Shown: positions 62,545 through 64,000 of the stretch, one piece after another | Layout of the letters: each line of letters opens with the position of its first letter | Numbering within the stretch: the first letter of the stretch is position 1 | Assembly (NCBI GenBank): GCA_008690995.1 | Contig: VRMN01000002.1 | Coordinates: 124,001-188,000, forward strand | Direction: 5' to 3' | Origin: Porphyridium purpureum | Taxonomy: Eukaryota | DNA: 64,000 nt | Notes under the pieces: generated by a model | Told to the model about the DNA's origin: nothing | Seen by the model: the letters and a program-made list of their open reading frames with translations, nothing else | The model's database searches: none | Position numbers and translations under genes: made by a program

Positions 62545-63984
62545 TTAATCATCTGAAACATGACCACTGCACTCCTCATCATCAGCACGATCAAGACCAC
62601 CGTGATCATGATCTGGGTACGGCTCTTTCAACCCAGAACGCCTTCTGAACTGATCTGATTCAGACGAGCCGTGCTCTTGAGCAGATTCACCATGACTTGC
62701 AGAAAGTGCCAGCTCGACTCTGACTGAATTCTGTGCCGTCTTTTGTGCTGCCTTGTCCTCTTTACCTGCTGGCCTCTTGCAGTTGCTAGCCATCTTGCTT
62801 TCCAGCACAATTTCCTCCTCGGTTTCGTTACCATCCTGGTTAAGCTTGACCAAGCCTGCTGTGCTATCGCTCAGCACGTCTTCCTCTCTGGCGCTTCCTC
62901 TATCCTGGACATACACCTCATGCACGAGGGACTTGGCCTCAAGAACTTGCTTTCTTTTCCGCGTGCTTGACCGGGACGGAGGCCGCGTGTACGCAACATG
63001 CGTCACAACGTCTTCTGCCATCTCGCGAAGCTTTCGCAGGAGCCGGCGTGCGTACTCGACACCCAAGGGCTTGTTTTTTCTTGCCTTGCTTTGTGTCTGC
63101 GGCGGCAGCGCTCTGCATACTGGGTTACCGAACAACTTACATGCCTTTGCTCGTGCTTCCAAGAACGTGTCCATGTCCTCTGGCAGCGCCTCCAGCTCAG
63201 AAATCTCATTGTTATCCAGCATCAGAATCACAAGCTTGGGTGCGTGGCGAAGTCTGACACAACATCGTTTGAGGCCATTCTTTCCCAAAAATAGCGAGCA
63301 GACACAAGGAAAGGACTCTAGCCAGTCTTGCGGGACTTCGAGCAGCTTGTTGTCATCAAGGTTGATGTGCTCCAAGCCGCTCTGCGAGTCAAGCCGCGGG
63401 AGCTTTCCAATACGGTTCGATTCGAGATACAGGCGTCGCAGGCTAGGCAATTCACAAAACAGCCATGCTGGCAATTGCACGAGCTTGTTCGCACGCATGT
63501 GCAAGGCATCTGTATTGGGAAAGAGACGAACGAGCTCGGGCACCGTCGTCAGGCAATTCTGATCCCAGACTTGGATCCGCACACGCGACCGAAATTCCTC
63601 TGGAATTTCTGTAGTAATCCATACCTCGAGCTCACATATCTCAATATCTGTCAGGTCCAATGCGGCAAGGTTGAGTACGTACGGAAGGTTCTTAAGCGCA
63701 TTCACACATCGTCTCTCAAAAAGCGTGCGCATGTCCTTCTCAGGCTGGGCAGTGCTCGACGCCGTGGTCCCCGGATTCTGGTCTCCCACATCATTTGGAC
63801 TCGACTTTAAAACTCTCGAAGGATTCTTCTGCTTGATGGAACCCAAAGCCGAATTCGGCTCTTTCTTCCATGCTTCAGTGTCCTTCGTAATGGCTGTCGG
63901 CTTGGCAAGTGTATTGCCTAGACTTCGTGCGGGTGCAAGCGCAAGATTTCCGCTTCGACCAAGCGCAAGGCTGCGCTGCGCCAT
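62545..63984 (-). CDS. Leucine-rich repeat protein (5' end possibly outside window)
   Basis: LxxLxLxxNxL repeats (LRRLYLESNRIGKLP, LEHINLDDNKLLEVP, LVILMLDNNEISEL) and LRR cap LFGNPV; the frame stays open to the window edge. Confidence 0.85.
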   Translation of the reverse strand: MAQRSLALGRSGNLALAPARSLGNTLAKPTAITKDTEAWKKEPNSALGSIKQKNPSRVLKSSPNDVGDQNPGTTASSTAQPEKDMRTLFERRCVNALKNLPYVLNLAALDLTDIEICELEVWITTEIPEEFRSRVRIQVWDQNCLTTVPELVRLFPNTDALHMRANKLVQLPAWLFCELPSLRRLYLESNRIGKLPRLDSQSGLEHINLDDNKLLEVPQDWLESFPCVCSLFLGKNGLKRCCVRLRHAPKLVILMLDNNEISELEALPEDMDTFLEARAKACKLFGNPVCRALPPQTQSKARKNKPLGVEYARRLLRKLREMAEDVVTHVAYTRPPSRSSTRKRKQVLEAKSLVHEVYVQDRGSAREEDVLSDSTAGLVKLNQDGNETEEEIVLESKMASNCKRPAGKEDKAAQKTAQNSVRVELALSASHGESAQEHGSSESDQFRRRSGLKEPYPDHDHGGLDRADDEECSGHVSDD

Positions 63985-64000
63985 GCCAGACAAGGGTGCA

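Overview
Compact, GC-rich, almost intron-free eukaryotic DNA. MAFV/MFVAF-type plastid transit peptides suggest a unicellular red alga (Porphyridium-like; inference). 1-4.9 kb is a transposon nest: an open >=1071-codon Plavaka/CMC-like transposase on the minus strand (missed by the ORF track because it runs off the left edge), inserted into a dead DD34E Tc1 element. 5-15 kb is a tandem duplication of [Tic22 3' half - PHO80-like cyclin - IPT/TIG-aquaglyceroporin], in which the first aquaporin copy is a pseudogene. The rest is gene-dense: bestrophin-like channel, tRNA-Leu(CAA), RPN6, TM9SF, DUF1279, RlmN, AlkB alkane monooxygenase, RING-H2, SAPS, HAX1-like, USP, TPR, a solo LTR, a 1651-aa M50-like protease/Ntn-glutaminase/SIS fusion, RagA with an intronic SNORD58-like C/D snoRNA, a 4064-aa ASH/Ig-like giant, and an LRR protein. 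The best novelty candidates are the possibly self-processing membrane protease-Ntn hydrolase-SIS fusion, the IPT/TIG-aquaglyceroporin fusion, the intronic snoRNA, and a recurrent CTGTAC promoter motif. All family assignments come from motif recognition by eye; no database searches were run.
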